This document shows, piece by piece, positions 40,184-49,013 of a stretch of 59,940 nt of DNA. The notes under the pieces were generated by a model, which saw nothing but the letters and a program-made list of their open reading frames with translations, had not been told where the DNA came from and did no database searches. The DNA is from Thermodesulfobacteriota bacterium (GTDB lineage: Bacteria; Desulfobacterota; BSN033; UBA1163). The first letter of the stretch is position 1. Each line of letters opens with the position of its first letter. Where the stretch lies: contig JBEKDJ010000001.1 of NCBI GenBank assembly GCA_050014415.1, positions 1 through 59,940 on the forward strand. The letters run 5' to 3'. A program made the position numbers and the translations under genes.

Positions 40184-40606
40184 ATGAAAAGTCCGACAGT
40201 GATCACAGGCACAGTAGGTATGGATGCTCACGTCATTGGCACCAAAATACTATCCCGTGCTTTACGGGAGGCTGGTTTCAACGTCGTGGAGCTGGGAATC
40301 TTGACTCCTCCGGAGGAGTTTATTCAAGTCGCCATCGAAACAAATGCGGATGCGATCTTAATGAGCTCCCTTTACGGCATGGCCGAGCTAGATGTAAGGG
40401 GATTCAAGGAGAAGTGCGTCGAAGCGGGGCTCGAAAATGTGCTGCTTTACATCGGCGGTATCCTTGGCGTGGGCAGGCACGATTTCAAAGAGGATGAAAT
40501 CAAATTCAAAAGGCTGGGCTTCGACAGGGTCTATCCGCCCGAGGTGGATCTCAAGGGGCCCATTGCAGATCTCTGGACAGACTTGAAGGCCAAAGGGAAG
40601 GCTTGA
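40184..40606 (+). CDS. glmS: methylaspartate mutase S-subunit homologue (B12-binding)
   Basis: DxHxxG base-off/His-on motif (MDAHVIG), ILMSSLYG, LLYIGG. Start placed at ATG 40184, 9 nt after GGAGG; the track start is 40145. Confidence 0.9.
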   Translation: MKSPTVITGTVGMDAHVIGTKILSRALREAGFNVVELGILTPPEEFIQVAIETNADAILMSSLYGMAELDVRGFKEKCVEAGLENVLLYIGGILGVGRHDFKEDEIKFKRLGFDRVYPPEVDLKGPIADLWTDLKAKGKA

Positions 40607-40616
40607 GGTTTGTGAG

Positions 40617-41864
40617 ATGCAAAGAAGGAGAATGTTAGAAGGCTGCCGCGCACTAGACTTGACAGACGAAAAAGGATTTCTGTGCGGCAAGATCCTTGCC
40701 GACCTGGGCATGGATGTTATCAAGGTCGAAAGACCGGGCGGGGACCCATCCCGAAGGCTCGGCCCGTTCTGGAACGATCAAGCTGACCCGGAGAAGAGTC
40801 TCTACTGGTTTGCTTACAACAGTGACAAGCGTGGGATCACCCTCGACATCGAATCAAAAGACGGGAAGAGGATCTTTGAAGAACTGGTCAGGAAATCGGA
40901 CGTTGTCATCGAGTCCTTCAAACCCGGTTATCTAGACAAGCTGGGATTGGGGTATGCTGCATTGAGCGGGATCAAGAAAGAGATCATCGTAACGTCCATA
41001 ACACCCTTCGGTCAGACGGGTCCTTACAGCAGCTATGAGGCGTCTGACATCGTGCTTATGGGAATGGCAGGAGAGCTCTTCCTGACCGGCGAGGGGGACC
41101 GTCCGCCGTTGAACATTAGTGTACCGCAGGCCTGTCTCCATGCGGGTGCGGATGCAGCAGTGGGCACAATGATCGCGTACCACCATAGAAGGAAGACCGG
41201 AGAAGGGCAGCACGTCGATGTGTCGATGCAGCAAAGCGCCGCGTGGTTCCTGGCCTTCACCGTGCCCTACTGGGAGATCGACAAGGTCATCCTGGGCAGG
41301 GTAGGTCCTTTCAGAAGAAGCAGCAGCAGCGGCACCGTACAACGACAGGTGTGGCCGTGCAAGGACGGTTACGTCTTCTTCTACATGATGGGAGGTCAGC
41401 AGGGCGCAAGGCAGTGCCGCCCGCTGGTTAGATGGATGGAAGAGGAGGGGGCGGGTGACGAGTTCCTCCGGACCTTTGAGTGGGAGCGCTTCGACATGCC
41501 GACGGCCACCCAGGAACTCATAGACAAAATCTCGAAGCCCATCGCCGATTTCTTCCTCACCCGGACGAAGATAGAGGCCCTGGATGCCGCAGCATCGAGA
41601 AACATTCCCATCTGCCCGCTCTTGGGCATGCAGGACATACTCGACGATCCAAACCTCTCGGTGAGGGGGTACTGGTCCCAACTCGAATACCCAGAGCTGA
41701 ATGTAACCATCCCCTACCCGAAGCAGTTTGTGAGGTCTTCTGAGAACGAGGTGTCGACTGGTTTCAGGGCGCCGCTTATCGGCGAACACAACGCCGAGGT
41801 TTATGGTGAGATCGGATTCTCTCGACATCAAATTGTGGCCTTGAAAGAGGCAGGGGTGATCTAG
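40617..41864 (+). CDS. family III (CaiB/BaiF) CoA-transferase, paralogue 4
   Basis: 415 aa. ALDLTDEKGFLCGKILADLGMDVIKVE. Catalytic Asp motif HAGADAAVGTMIAY. Confidence 0.85.
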   Translation: MQRRRMLEGCRALDLTDEKGFLCGKILADLGMDVIKVERPGGDPSRRLGPFWNDQADPEKSLYWFAYNSDKRGITLDIESKDGKRIFEELVRKSDVVIESFKPGYLDKLGLGYAALSGIKKEIIVTSITPFGQTGPYSSYEASDIVLMGMAGELFLTGEGDRPPLNISVPQACLHAGADAAVGTMIAYHHRRKTGEGQHVDVSMQQSAAWFLAFTVPYWEIDKVILGRVGPFRRSSSSGTVQRQVWPCKDGYVFFYMMGGQQGARQCRPLVRWMEEEGAGDEFLRTFEWERFDMPTATQELIDKISKPIADFFLTRTKIEALDAAASRNIPICPLLGMQDILDDPNLSVRGYWSQLEYPELNVTIPYPKQFVRSSENEVSTGFRAPLIGEHNAEVYGEIGFSRHQIVALKEAGVI

Positions 41865-42036
41865 CACCAAGTTGCATTGAAGCTGCAACTCTGGGCAGAG
41901 ATCAAGGCCGAGGTTAAGATCAGATCACAAGCATTTTCATCAGCTCAACTTAAGCCCTAGCCTTTGATTGCTTGCCAGCATCACACATAATGGAGGGAAG
42001 ACGTGTAGATGTTAGCCAGAAGGAAGTGAGAAACAA

Positions 42037-42600
42037 ATGAGTGGCCACACTCGATTCGAGAAGCTGCTTGAGCCAGGTTATATCGGGTCGGTAAAGACCA
42101 GGAACCGGATCATAAAAACCGGTGCGGGAATGCTCATGTGGCACAAGGACGACGTCCACATGAGGGAAGAGGTAAAGGCTTTCTACGAAAGGATGGCCAG
42201 GGGCGGAGTGGGGCTGCTCATCGTAGAGTCGCCCACCATCGATTATCCTCTGGGCGCGCGCTGGAGGCAACGCTATCGCATCGACGATGACAAATACATT
42301 GAAGGTCTCGGAAAACTGGTTGAGGTCGTCCATAAACACGGCTGTCCCACTTTAATCAGTGAGGTCAAGGAATATGTAGAGATAACGGGCAAGGGGCTCA
42401 CCATTATCAATAAAGAAGGAGAAAGGCAGGTCATCGAGGCCGATACCGTCCTAACCGTCCTGCCGTTGACGCCCAATATGGGGCTGGTGAAGAGCCTGAA
42501 AGGAAAGGTTTCCGAGGTCTACGGCATTGGCGACTGCAAGGAGCCCCATTTGATAGCGGATGCCATCGGCATCAGCCTCCGGACCGCTCGCGCCGTCTAG
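42037..42600 (+). pseudogene. internally deleted OYE-type 2-enoate/2,4-dienoyl-CoA reductase remnant
   Basis: The first 105 aa or so are the start of an OYE TIM barrel (IGSVKTRNRIIKTGAG...ARGGVGLLIVE...VHKHGCPT). This joins directly to the last 80 aa or so of the FAD/NAD(P) domain (VYGIGDCKEPHLIADAIGISLRTA). About 450 aa are missing relative to the intact paralogue at 54333-56222. Confidence 0.6.
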
Positions 42601-42652
42601 GAGCGGTGCCCTCAGTATCAGTCATTAAAACTTCGATGTCTTAGAGGGAAGC

Positions 42653-43870
42653 ATGGAGAACAGAGTATTTTCGGATCTCAAAATTGTCGCTTTCAGCACG
42701 GCCATGGTGGGTCCATTGACACTCAAGTTCTTCGCCGACTATGGCGCGACAGTCATCAGGGTGGAAACGAGCACCCGCCCGTGTGCTACGAGAACATCTT
42801 CTCCTTTCAAAGACGGGAAGCCGGGTCTCAACAGAAGCGGTTATTTCAATCACTTCAGCGCAAATATGATGAGCATGTCTCTCAACATGTCCCATCGCCT
42901 CGCCCTGGGTCTTGCGAAGGAACTCATAGCGCAGTCCGACGTAGTAATGGAGAACTTCACGCCGCAGATCATGGATCGATGGGGTCTTGGTTACGAGGAG
43001 CTGAGGAAGATAAAGCCTGACATCATCATGGTCCGGCAGAACGGTTTCGGCTCGGATGGTCCTTACAGGAACCTGGCTGCCTTCGGCATGACACTGGCTG
43101 CAATTGCCGGGATACCCAATTTCATAGGCTGGGCTGACCGCGGGCCACTGCCGGTAGGTGTAGGTGCATATACCGACTGCATCAGCCCGCGGCTTGCATC
43201 TGCTGCTCTCATTGCGGCCCTTGACTATCGTGGCAGGACTGGCAAGGGCCAACTCATAGAGCTATCCCAGTTTGAAACGGCGCTTTACTTTGTGCTGCCG
43301 GGGCTTCTCGACGCGGCAGTGAACGGTAGGGAGCCGGTCAGAAACGGAAACGCGGTAGCCTATGCTGCTCCACATAACGTCTATGCGTGCAAAGGGAAGG
43401 AGCGGTGGTGTACGATTGCCGTCCTCAATGACACCCATTGGGTAAGGTTGTGCGAGGCTATGGGCAAGCCGGAACTGGCTGGTGATGCACGGTTCGACAC
43501 CTTCCTGAGTCGGAAAGAGCATGAGACAGAACTCGATGAGTTGATCAGGGGGTGGACGGCCCACTATACGGCGGAGGAGGTAACGGCCCGGCTCCAGGGT
43601 GCTGGTGTGCCTGCCGGCGTGGTGGAGAACGCAGCTGACCTCTATGAGGATCCCCAGTTAAGACAGCGTGGCCTCTTGTGGCGTATAAACCACGCCGAGA
43701 TGGGACCATTCACCCATTTGGGCGCGAGTATGCAATTGTCAAGAACACCCGCGCAGGCTTACAGGCCAAGTCCCTGTCTGGGTGAACATACCGAATATGT
43801 CTTAACCAAGATACTAGGAAAGACGGATGAGGAGTTTGTGGAGCTTCTGGGAGCAGGGGTGCTGGAGTGA
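42653..43870 (+). CDS. family III (CaiB/BaiF) CoA-transferase, paralogue 5
   Basis: 405 aa. VAFSTAMVGPLTLKFFADYGATVIRVE. Catalytic Asp motif AYTDCISPRLASAALIAAL. Confidence 0.85.
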   Translation: MENRVFSDLKIVAFSTAMVGPLTLKFFADYGATVIRVETSTRPCATRTSSPFKDGKPGLNRSGYFNHFSANMMSMSLNMSHRLALGLAKELIAQSDVVMENFTPQIMDRWGLGYEELRKIKPDIIMVRQNGFGSDGPYRNLAAFGMTLAAIAGIPNFIGWADRGPLPVGVGAYTDCISPRLASAALIAALDYRGRTGKGQLIELSQFETALYFVLPGLLDAAVNGREPVRNGNAVAYAAPHNVYACKGKERWCTIAVLNDTHWVRLCEAMGKPELAGDARFDTFLSRKEHETELDELIRGWTAHYTAEEVTARLQGAGVPAGVVENAADLYEDPQLRQRGLLWRINHAEMGPFTHLGASMQLSRTPAQAYRPSPCLGEHTEYVLTKILGKTDEEFVELLGAGVLE

Positions 43871-43927
43871 GAAGGGTTTTAGGTGCCAGTGTGAAGAGTC
43901 TGATCAATCTCTTTGGAGGAAAAAGTC

Positions 43928-44794
43928 ATGGAATATGAATATGTCTTGTACAAAAAGGAAGGGCAAGTTGCTTATATTACGTTAAACAGGCCCGAAAGGC
44001 TGAATGCAGTGTCTCCGGAATTGGTCCGCGACTGGTCGGCTGCAATGACCGAAGCAGAGGACGATGAAGATGTCAAGGTCATCGTCTTCAAGGGTGCTGG
44101 TCGGGCCTTCAGCGCAGGAGCAGATCTGACAGGGGTTGGATTTGTCTATGGCATGAAGGAGCCCAAGCCGGGTGAGAAGGGTGGTCGAGTCCCTTTACGG
44201 GTAAAGCTGAAATTCGATAGAAACCTATTTCTGGAATTTCACAGGAAAGTCCTGCTGTGCCCAAAACTGACGATTGCCCAGATGCACGAATACTGTCTGG
44301 GGATTGCCTTCAACATCGTGCTCCACTGTGATCTGCTCATTGCGAGTGAAGACTGTAAGGTGGGTCACGTTGAAGAGAGGTTAGGCCAGGGAGGCATGAC
44401 GATTTCGCCGATCATGGTTTTGAGATGTGGATTAACGAGGGCCCTGGACCTGTGTCTTACGGGTAAGATGATTGACGGGAAGAAGGCAGCAGAATGGGCT
44501 CTTGTCAATAGGGCAGTGCCTAAGGAGATTCTTGATGATGAGGTTCGGGAGCTTGCAAATGGACTGGCTCTCTATCCCAAAGATGGTATTGCTGTTGGTA
44601 AGGTAGCGAGACACATGCTATATCAAACAATGGGTGTGGAAAAGGGGTTAGTGGATCATTTCATTATGCACACTCTTCAAACAAATAAGGTCTATGACCC
44701 AGGGGAGTTTAACTTCTTTAAACAGAGAAGGGACAAAGGAGTGAGGGACGCCGCCCATGAAAAGCACGACCTATTTAAGGCTCTGGATAAATGA
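43928..44794 (+). CDS. crotonase-superfamily (enoyl-CoA hydratase/isomerase family) protein
   Basis: YITLNRPERLNA, FSAGADL oxyanion region. The active-site segment CLGIAFNIVLHCDLLIASEDCKVGHVEERLG has Asn at the first catalytic Glu position and keeps the second Glu. Start at ATG 43928 after GGAGGA. Confidence 0.85.
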   Translation: MEYEYVLYKKEGQVAYITLNRPERLNAVSPELVRDWSAAMTEAEDDEDVKVIVFKGAGRAFSAGADLTGVGFVYGMKEPKPGEKGGRVPLRVKLKFDRNLFLEFHRKVLLCPKLTIAQMHEYCLGIAFNIVLHCDLLIASEDCKVGHVEERLGQGGMTISPIMVLRCGLTRALDLCLTGKMIDGKKAAEWALVNRAVPKEILDDEVRELANGLALYPKDGIAVGKVARHMLYQTMGVEKGLVDHFIMHTLQTNKVYDPGEFNFFKQRRDKGVRDAAHEKHDLFKALDK

Positions 44795-44833
44795 CGCATA
44801 AGGCAGGATGACTATCGGCAGGAGGTTAAAAGT

Positions 44834-46213
44834 GTGGATGCAACGTACTTATTTGCAAAGAATCTGACAAATATTCGATATGAAGACCTTCCCCCAGGAG
44901 TCGTGGAGGCGACAAAAAAGCAGGTTCTCGATCTGTTGGGTGTTGCAGTCGGTGGCTTTTCCAAACCCGGGCCGAAGGAGCTGCGAGAAATCGTAACAGA
45001 TTGGGGAGGTAAAGAGGAGAGCAGCATTATTGGCTGCACACAGAAGTTCCCGGCACCCAATGCGGCACACGTGAACGCGACCATGGCCCATGCCCTCGAT
45101 TATGATGATGTCCACGAGACGGCCATCATGCATTCAGGCGTTGCTATTATACCAACGTGCATAGCAATGGCCGAGTGTCGAGGCAATGTAAGCGGTAGGG
45201 AGCTAGTTGCAAGTATTGCCTTGGGGGTAGATATGATGTGCAGGCTGGCATTAGCCACCACCCCAGGAACCCGCCCTCTCAACACCGGCTGGCATCTCAC
45301 GACGCTGTATGGTTTCTTGGGTGCGGCTGGTACTGCTGCAAGAATGTTGAGGCTCGATGAAGGGGGAATCCTAAATGCCCTTGGAATTGCGTATCACCAG
45401 TGCAGCGGGAATGGGCAATGTGTCATTGATGGCGCATTAACCAAAAGGATGGGACCTGGATTTTCGGTGAAGGGGGGTATTACTGCCGCCCTGCTTGCTG
45501 AAAAGGGTGTGAGTGGGGCTAAGAACTGCCTGGAAGGAGAGTGGGGTCTGTACAAGCTCTACCACCGTGGAAATTACAATGCCAAAGCCTTGACGATGGA
45601 TTTGGGAGAAACCTTTGAGGGGATTAACGTTGCCATAAAACCATACCCTTGTTGCAGAGGCGTTCATCCCGCGATCGATGCTGCCCTAGCCCTGGTAGAT
45701 GAACACAACATCAAGGCTGAAGACGTGCAGAAAATCACACTGTCTGTGAGCGAGGGGCACTATCATTTACTCTGTGAGCCTGAAGATGCGAAGCTCAAAC
45801 CCCGGAACCCGGTGGATGCGCAGTTCAGCATACCTTGGGGAGTGGCGACCGCGATTGTCAGGAAGGGAGTCACCCTGGAACATTTTACGGAAGCAGCCGT
45901 CAAGAGCCAAGACATCCTCGGGGTCGTTAACAAGATGAGCATAGAGCAGGATACCAGCCTAAATCGGTCAGAAAAGATTGAACCCACCCGGGTGAAGATA
46001 AGAACGAAAGAAGGGAGTGTTTATTCCAAAGAAGTGGAAGATCCCTTGGGTAGCCTCGAAAGACCTATGTCGTTCGATGACTGTGCCAGGAAATTCAGGG
46101 ATTGTGCGAAGCAGCTGCGGGACGAACAAGCAGATAGGGTGATAGAACTGATTGGAAGGCTCGAGCGGCTTAACGACATCAGAGAGATAATCAAACCGCT
46201 CAGCCTGGGGTAA
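44834..46213 (+). CDS. MmgE/PrpD family protein (2-methylcitrate dehydratase-like)
   Basis: 459 aa, GTG start. Typical family length and motifs (ATMAHALDYDDVH, GWHLT, YHQCSGN, IKPYPCCR). Confidence 0.85.
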   Translation: MDATYLFAKNLTNIRYEDLPPGVVEATKKQVLDLLGVAVGGFSKPGPKELREIVTDWGGKEESSIIGCTQKFPAPNAAHVNATMAHALDYDDVHETAIMHSGVAIIPTCIAMAECRGNVSGRELVASIALGVDMMCRLALATTPGTRPLNTGWHLTTLYGFLGAAGTAARMLRLDEGGILNALGIAYHQCSGNGQCVIDGALTKRMGPGFSVKGGITAALLAEKGVSGAKNCLEGEWGLYKLYHRGNYNAKALTMDLGETFEGINVAIKPYPCCRGVHPAIDAALALVDEHNIKAEDVQKITLSVSEGHYHLLCEPEDAKLKPRNPVDAQFSIPWGVATAIVRKGVTLEHFTEAAVKSQDILGVVNKMSIEQDTSLNRSEKIEPTRVKIRTKEGSVYSKEVEDPLGSLERPMSFDDCARKFRDCAKQLRDEQADRVIELIGRLERLNDIREIIKPLSLG

Positions 46214-46307
46214 GTTTCGACGGCCCTCTCGACCAGGCGACCCTGGCCGGGAAGTGCAAACAAGTAGGACAGGAGTTAGAATTCGTATTGTAAGGAGGCG
46301 TCAGAAA

Positions 46308-47069
46308 ATGGCGGAAGGGTTTGAGGGAAAGGCAGTGCTGGTAACCGGAGGAGGCTATGGGATAGGTCGGGCAGCGGCCTTAGGCTTTGCTCGGAGGGGG
46401 GCAAAAGTCGCGGTAGCAGACATAGACATCAAGAATGGGAAAGAAACCGTTCGCCGTATCAAAGAGGCGGGAGGTGATGCGGTTTTCGTGAAGGCCGACG
46501 TGTCACAGGAGGCTGAGGTCGAAGCCCTTATTAAGAAAACCGTCGAAACTTACGGCAAGCTAGACTGCGCCTTCAACAATGCGGGTATTCACAAGGTGTT
46601 TGTCTCCACCGTCGACTTCACTGAAAAGGACTGGAATGAAATGATCGACATCAACCTCAAAAGCGTATGGCTCTGTATGAAATATGAAATCCCCGAGATG
46701 CTGAAACAGGGCAAAGGAGCCATCGTTAATACGTCGTCGGCAGCAGGTTTGATCGCCGCGCCGAGCAACCCTGCCTATCCCGCGAGCAAGCACGGGGTTG
46801 TGGGATTGACAAAATCGACTGCCGTGGAGTTTGCGAGGAGGGGCATCCGGGTCAATTGCGTCTGCCCTGGCCCCACACGGACAGGAATGCATGACAGCTT
46901 GGTGGCCATTGCTCCACAAATCGTTGAGGCGATGAATATGAAGGTGCCGATGGGGCGGATAGCCGAGCCCGAAGAGGTTGCTGCAGCTGCCGTCTGGCTC
47001 TGCTCAGACGAGGCCTCCTATATTACGGGTCACGCCCTGCCCGTAGATGGCGGTCTGGTAGTGGATTGA
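46308..47069 (+). CDS. SDR family oxidoreductase
   Basis: TGGGYGIG, NNAG, YPASK (YxxxK), PVDGG. ATG 46308 is preceded by AAGGAGG; the track start at 46254 is an unlikely extension. Confidence 0.9.
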   Translation: MAEGFEGKAVLVTGGGYGIGRAAALGFARRGAKVAVADIDIKNGKETVRRIKEAGGDAVFVKADVSQEAEVEALIKKTVETYGKLDCAFNNAGIHKVFVSTVDFTEKDWNEMIDINLKSVWLCMKYEIPEMLKQGKGAIVNTSSAAGLIAAPSNPAYPASKHGVVGLTKSTAVEFARRGIRVNCVCPGPTRTGMHDSLVAIAPQIVEAMNMKVPMGRIAEPEEVAAAAVWLCSDEASYITGHALPVDGGLVVD

Positions 47070-47472
47070 CGGGCCGGGAGGCCGACGGAGCTGCTTTCTA
47101 GCGCTGGCAGGGAAAAATGCGGTCCAACAGAGTTTCGGCTTCTGAAATGGAGGATGCCCAACGCTGAATGGTTCGTAACATTTTAGCTCGTTGAAAAGGA
47201 ATGGGATTGCTCCCCTGGTTCCCACCCAGGGCGGGGGTTCCAAAGTCTTAGAATGCGGCCTTTCATATTCATGGTACTGGCATAGGGAGAGTAGACAAAA
47301 CGCTGCAACACTCTTCGAGGCATCTGAATAATCCAATAATAGGTATGTGCTCCAAGACTTTTCCAGTCTCGTCCTCGGCGGGAACCAATGCTCCAAAGGG
47401 ACGGTTTTGCCAAGTGTCAAACTATTAAAGTGGTTCTACCACGCAGAAATCAAAAAGGAGATAAGGTGAAAT

Positions 47473-48945
47473 ATGGTAGAAATTACTGAGAACACCGATC
47501 TCGTTGTGATCGGGTCTGGAGCAACAGGCACGGTGGCAGCCTTGACCGCCGCAGAAGGCGGCGCCAAGGTGATCCTTATTGAGAAGATGCGAAGCCTGGG
47601 GGGGGTCTCGAATTTCGCCGAAGGGATGTTTGCTGCGGAGAGTGATATGCAGCGTCCACAGTATGTCACCTACGATCGCGACGTCGCCTTCAAGACGATC
47701 ATGGAGTACAGCCACTGGCGCGCCAACCCGCGTTTAGTGAGGGCGTTTGTGAACGAGACTGCCGCCACAATCAGCTGGTTGCAAGAGCGCGGAGTGGAGT
47801 TCGAGGAACTCTCGACTAACATGCCCGACGGCCCTCTGGTCTGGCATGTCTTGAAGGGGCCGGATCGAGAGCGGGCATCCCTTATGATGAAGACGCTGGC
47901 TGCCAAGGCCAAAGAGAGAGGCGTTGCCTTCTGGCTGGGGACACCGGCAAAAGAACTGATCAAGGAGGGCGGCAAGATCACCGGCGTGACTGTCGAGAAG
48001 GATGGCAAAGAAGCCCAGGTGAGCGCCAAAGCTGTCCTTGTGGCTACGGGTGGCTACGCAAACAACAAGGAATGGATCAAGAAGTATACGGGATTTGACC
48101 TCGGTGTCAATCTGATTCCAATCGGTAACATTGATAAGATGGGTGAAGGCATCCGGATGGCCTGGCAGGTAGGCGCGGCTGAAGAGGGCATGGGCGTCCT
48201 CCAACTCCTCAGGGGAGGACCGGTATTGGGCCCGGGTCTCAGTTTCATTGGACCGATCGAAAGCGCGGCGTCCCAGCCCGGCCTTTGGGTGAATCAGGAT
48301 GGAGAGCGCTATTGCGACGAAAGCATTCAAGGCAACTTTTCCCTCGATGGCAACGCCATGGTCAGCCAGAGAGGGAGATATGTCTATGCGATTTTTGATG
48401 AGTCGAATGTTCGTCATTGGATGGAAAAGGGAACGGACCTGGGTACAGGCCGCATTTTCCCTCCCGGGAGCCGCCTCAATATCGGTCCGGCGCTGAAGGA
48501 TGCACTTAAAAACAACGCCCCTGACATATATGCCGCGAAAACCATAGAAGAGCTGGCCGTGAAAATCGGGATGGATCCCCTCATCCTAGAGGCTACCGTC
48601 GAGGAATACAACGGATTCTGTGAGAAGGGCCATGACGACCTCTTTGCCAAGGATCCAAAATACCTCCGACCCTTGAAGGAACCGAAGTTTTATGCCCTCA
48701 AGTGTAACGCAGTCTTCCTGGGAACACTCGGCGGCATCAAGATCAACCACAAAATGGAAGTAGTGGACAAGAAGGACAATCCGATCCCAGGACTCTACGC
48801 AGGGGGAATGGATGCGGGAGGAATCTATGGAGACTCTTATGACGTAATGACGTGTGGCGGGACCCTTGCCTTCGCCATCAATTCCGGCCGCATTGCGGGG
48901 AGAAATGCCCTGGAATATATCGGCAAACAAACTCGCCTGTGCTGA
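47473..48945 (+). CDS. soluble FAD_binding_2 flavoprotein (fumarate reductase / 3-ketosteroid dehydrogenase / TcuA-like), paralogue 1
   Basis: 490 aa. N-terminal dinucleotide fold DLVVIGSGATGTVAALTAAEGGAKVILIEK, ATGGYANN, C-terminal GLYAGG. No signal peptide. Confidence 0.85.
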   Translation: MVEITENTDLVVIGSGATGTVAALTAAEGGAKVILIEKMRSLGGVSNFAEGMFAAESDMQRPQYVTYDRDVAFKTIMEYSHWRANPRLVRAFVNETAATISWLQERGVEFEELSTNMPDGPLVWHVLKGPDRERASLMMKTLAAKAKERGVAFWLGTPAKELIKEGGKITGVTVEKDGKEAQVSAKAVLVATGGYANNKEWIKKYTGFDLGVNLIPIGNIDKMGEGIRMAWQVGAAEEGMGVLQLLRGGPVLGPGLSFIGPIESAASQPGLWVNQDGERYCDESIQGNFSLDGNAMVSQRGRYVYAIFDESNVRHWMEKGTDLGTGRIFPPGSRLNIGPALKDALKNNAPDIYAAKTIEELAVKIGMDPLILEATVEEYNGFCEKGHDDLFAKDPKYLRPLKEPKFYALKCNAVFLGTLGGIKINHKMEVVDKKDNPIPGLYAGGMDAGGIYGDSYDVMTCGGTLAFAINSGRIAGRNALEYIGKQTRLC

Positions 48946-49013
48946 CTTGGCAAGTCGCGGGAGGAGAGGTCTTTTCCCGCGTGGGTTATTGAACCAAAGA
49001 TTAAGGATCAACA

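Noticed and set aside
40932-41888. 318-aa ORF on the minus strand
   Set aside because: It lies entirely antisense to the well-supported CaiB paralogue 4. It has a low-complexity, Arg/Leu/Gly-rich composition with no recognisable motifs. It is a typical shadow ORF in a GC-richer gene.
41870-41890. Perfect 7-bp hairpin AGTTGCA-N7-TGCAACT just after CaiB paralogue 4, considered as an intrinsic terminator
   Set aside because: No U-tract follows, and the stem is short and AT-containing. There is not enough evidence to call a terminator.
48054-48248. Similar antisense ORFs at 48054-48248, 53420-53656 and 59120-59521, sharing ...PILS.LP.GI.LT.RSNP.YF..HSLL.A
   Set aside because: Their similarity simply mirrors the conserved GGYANNKEW...KMG.GIR block of the three flavoprotein paralogues on the plus strand. 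They are not an independent gene family.
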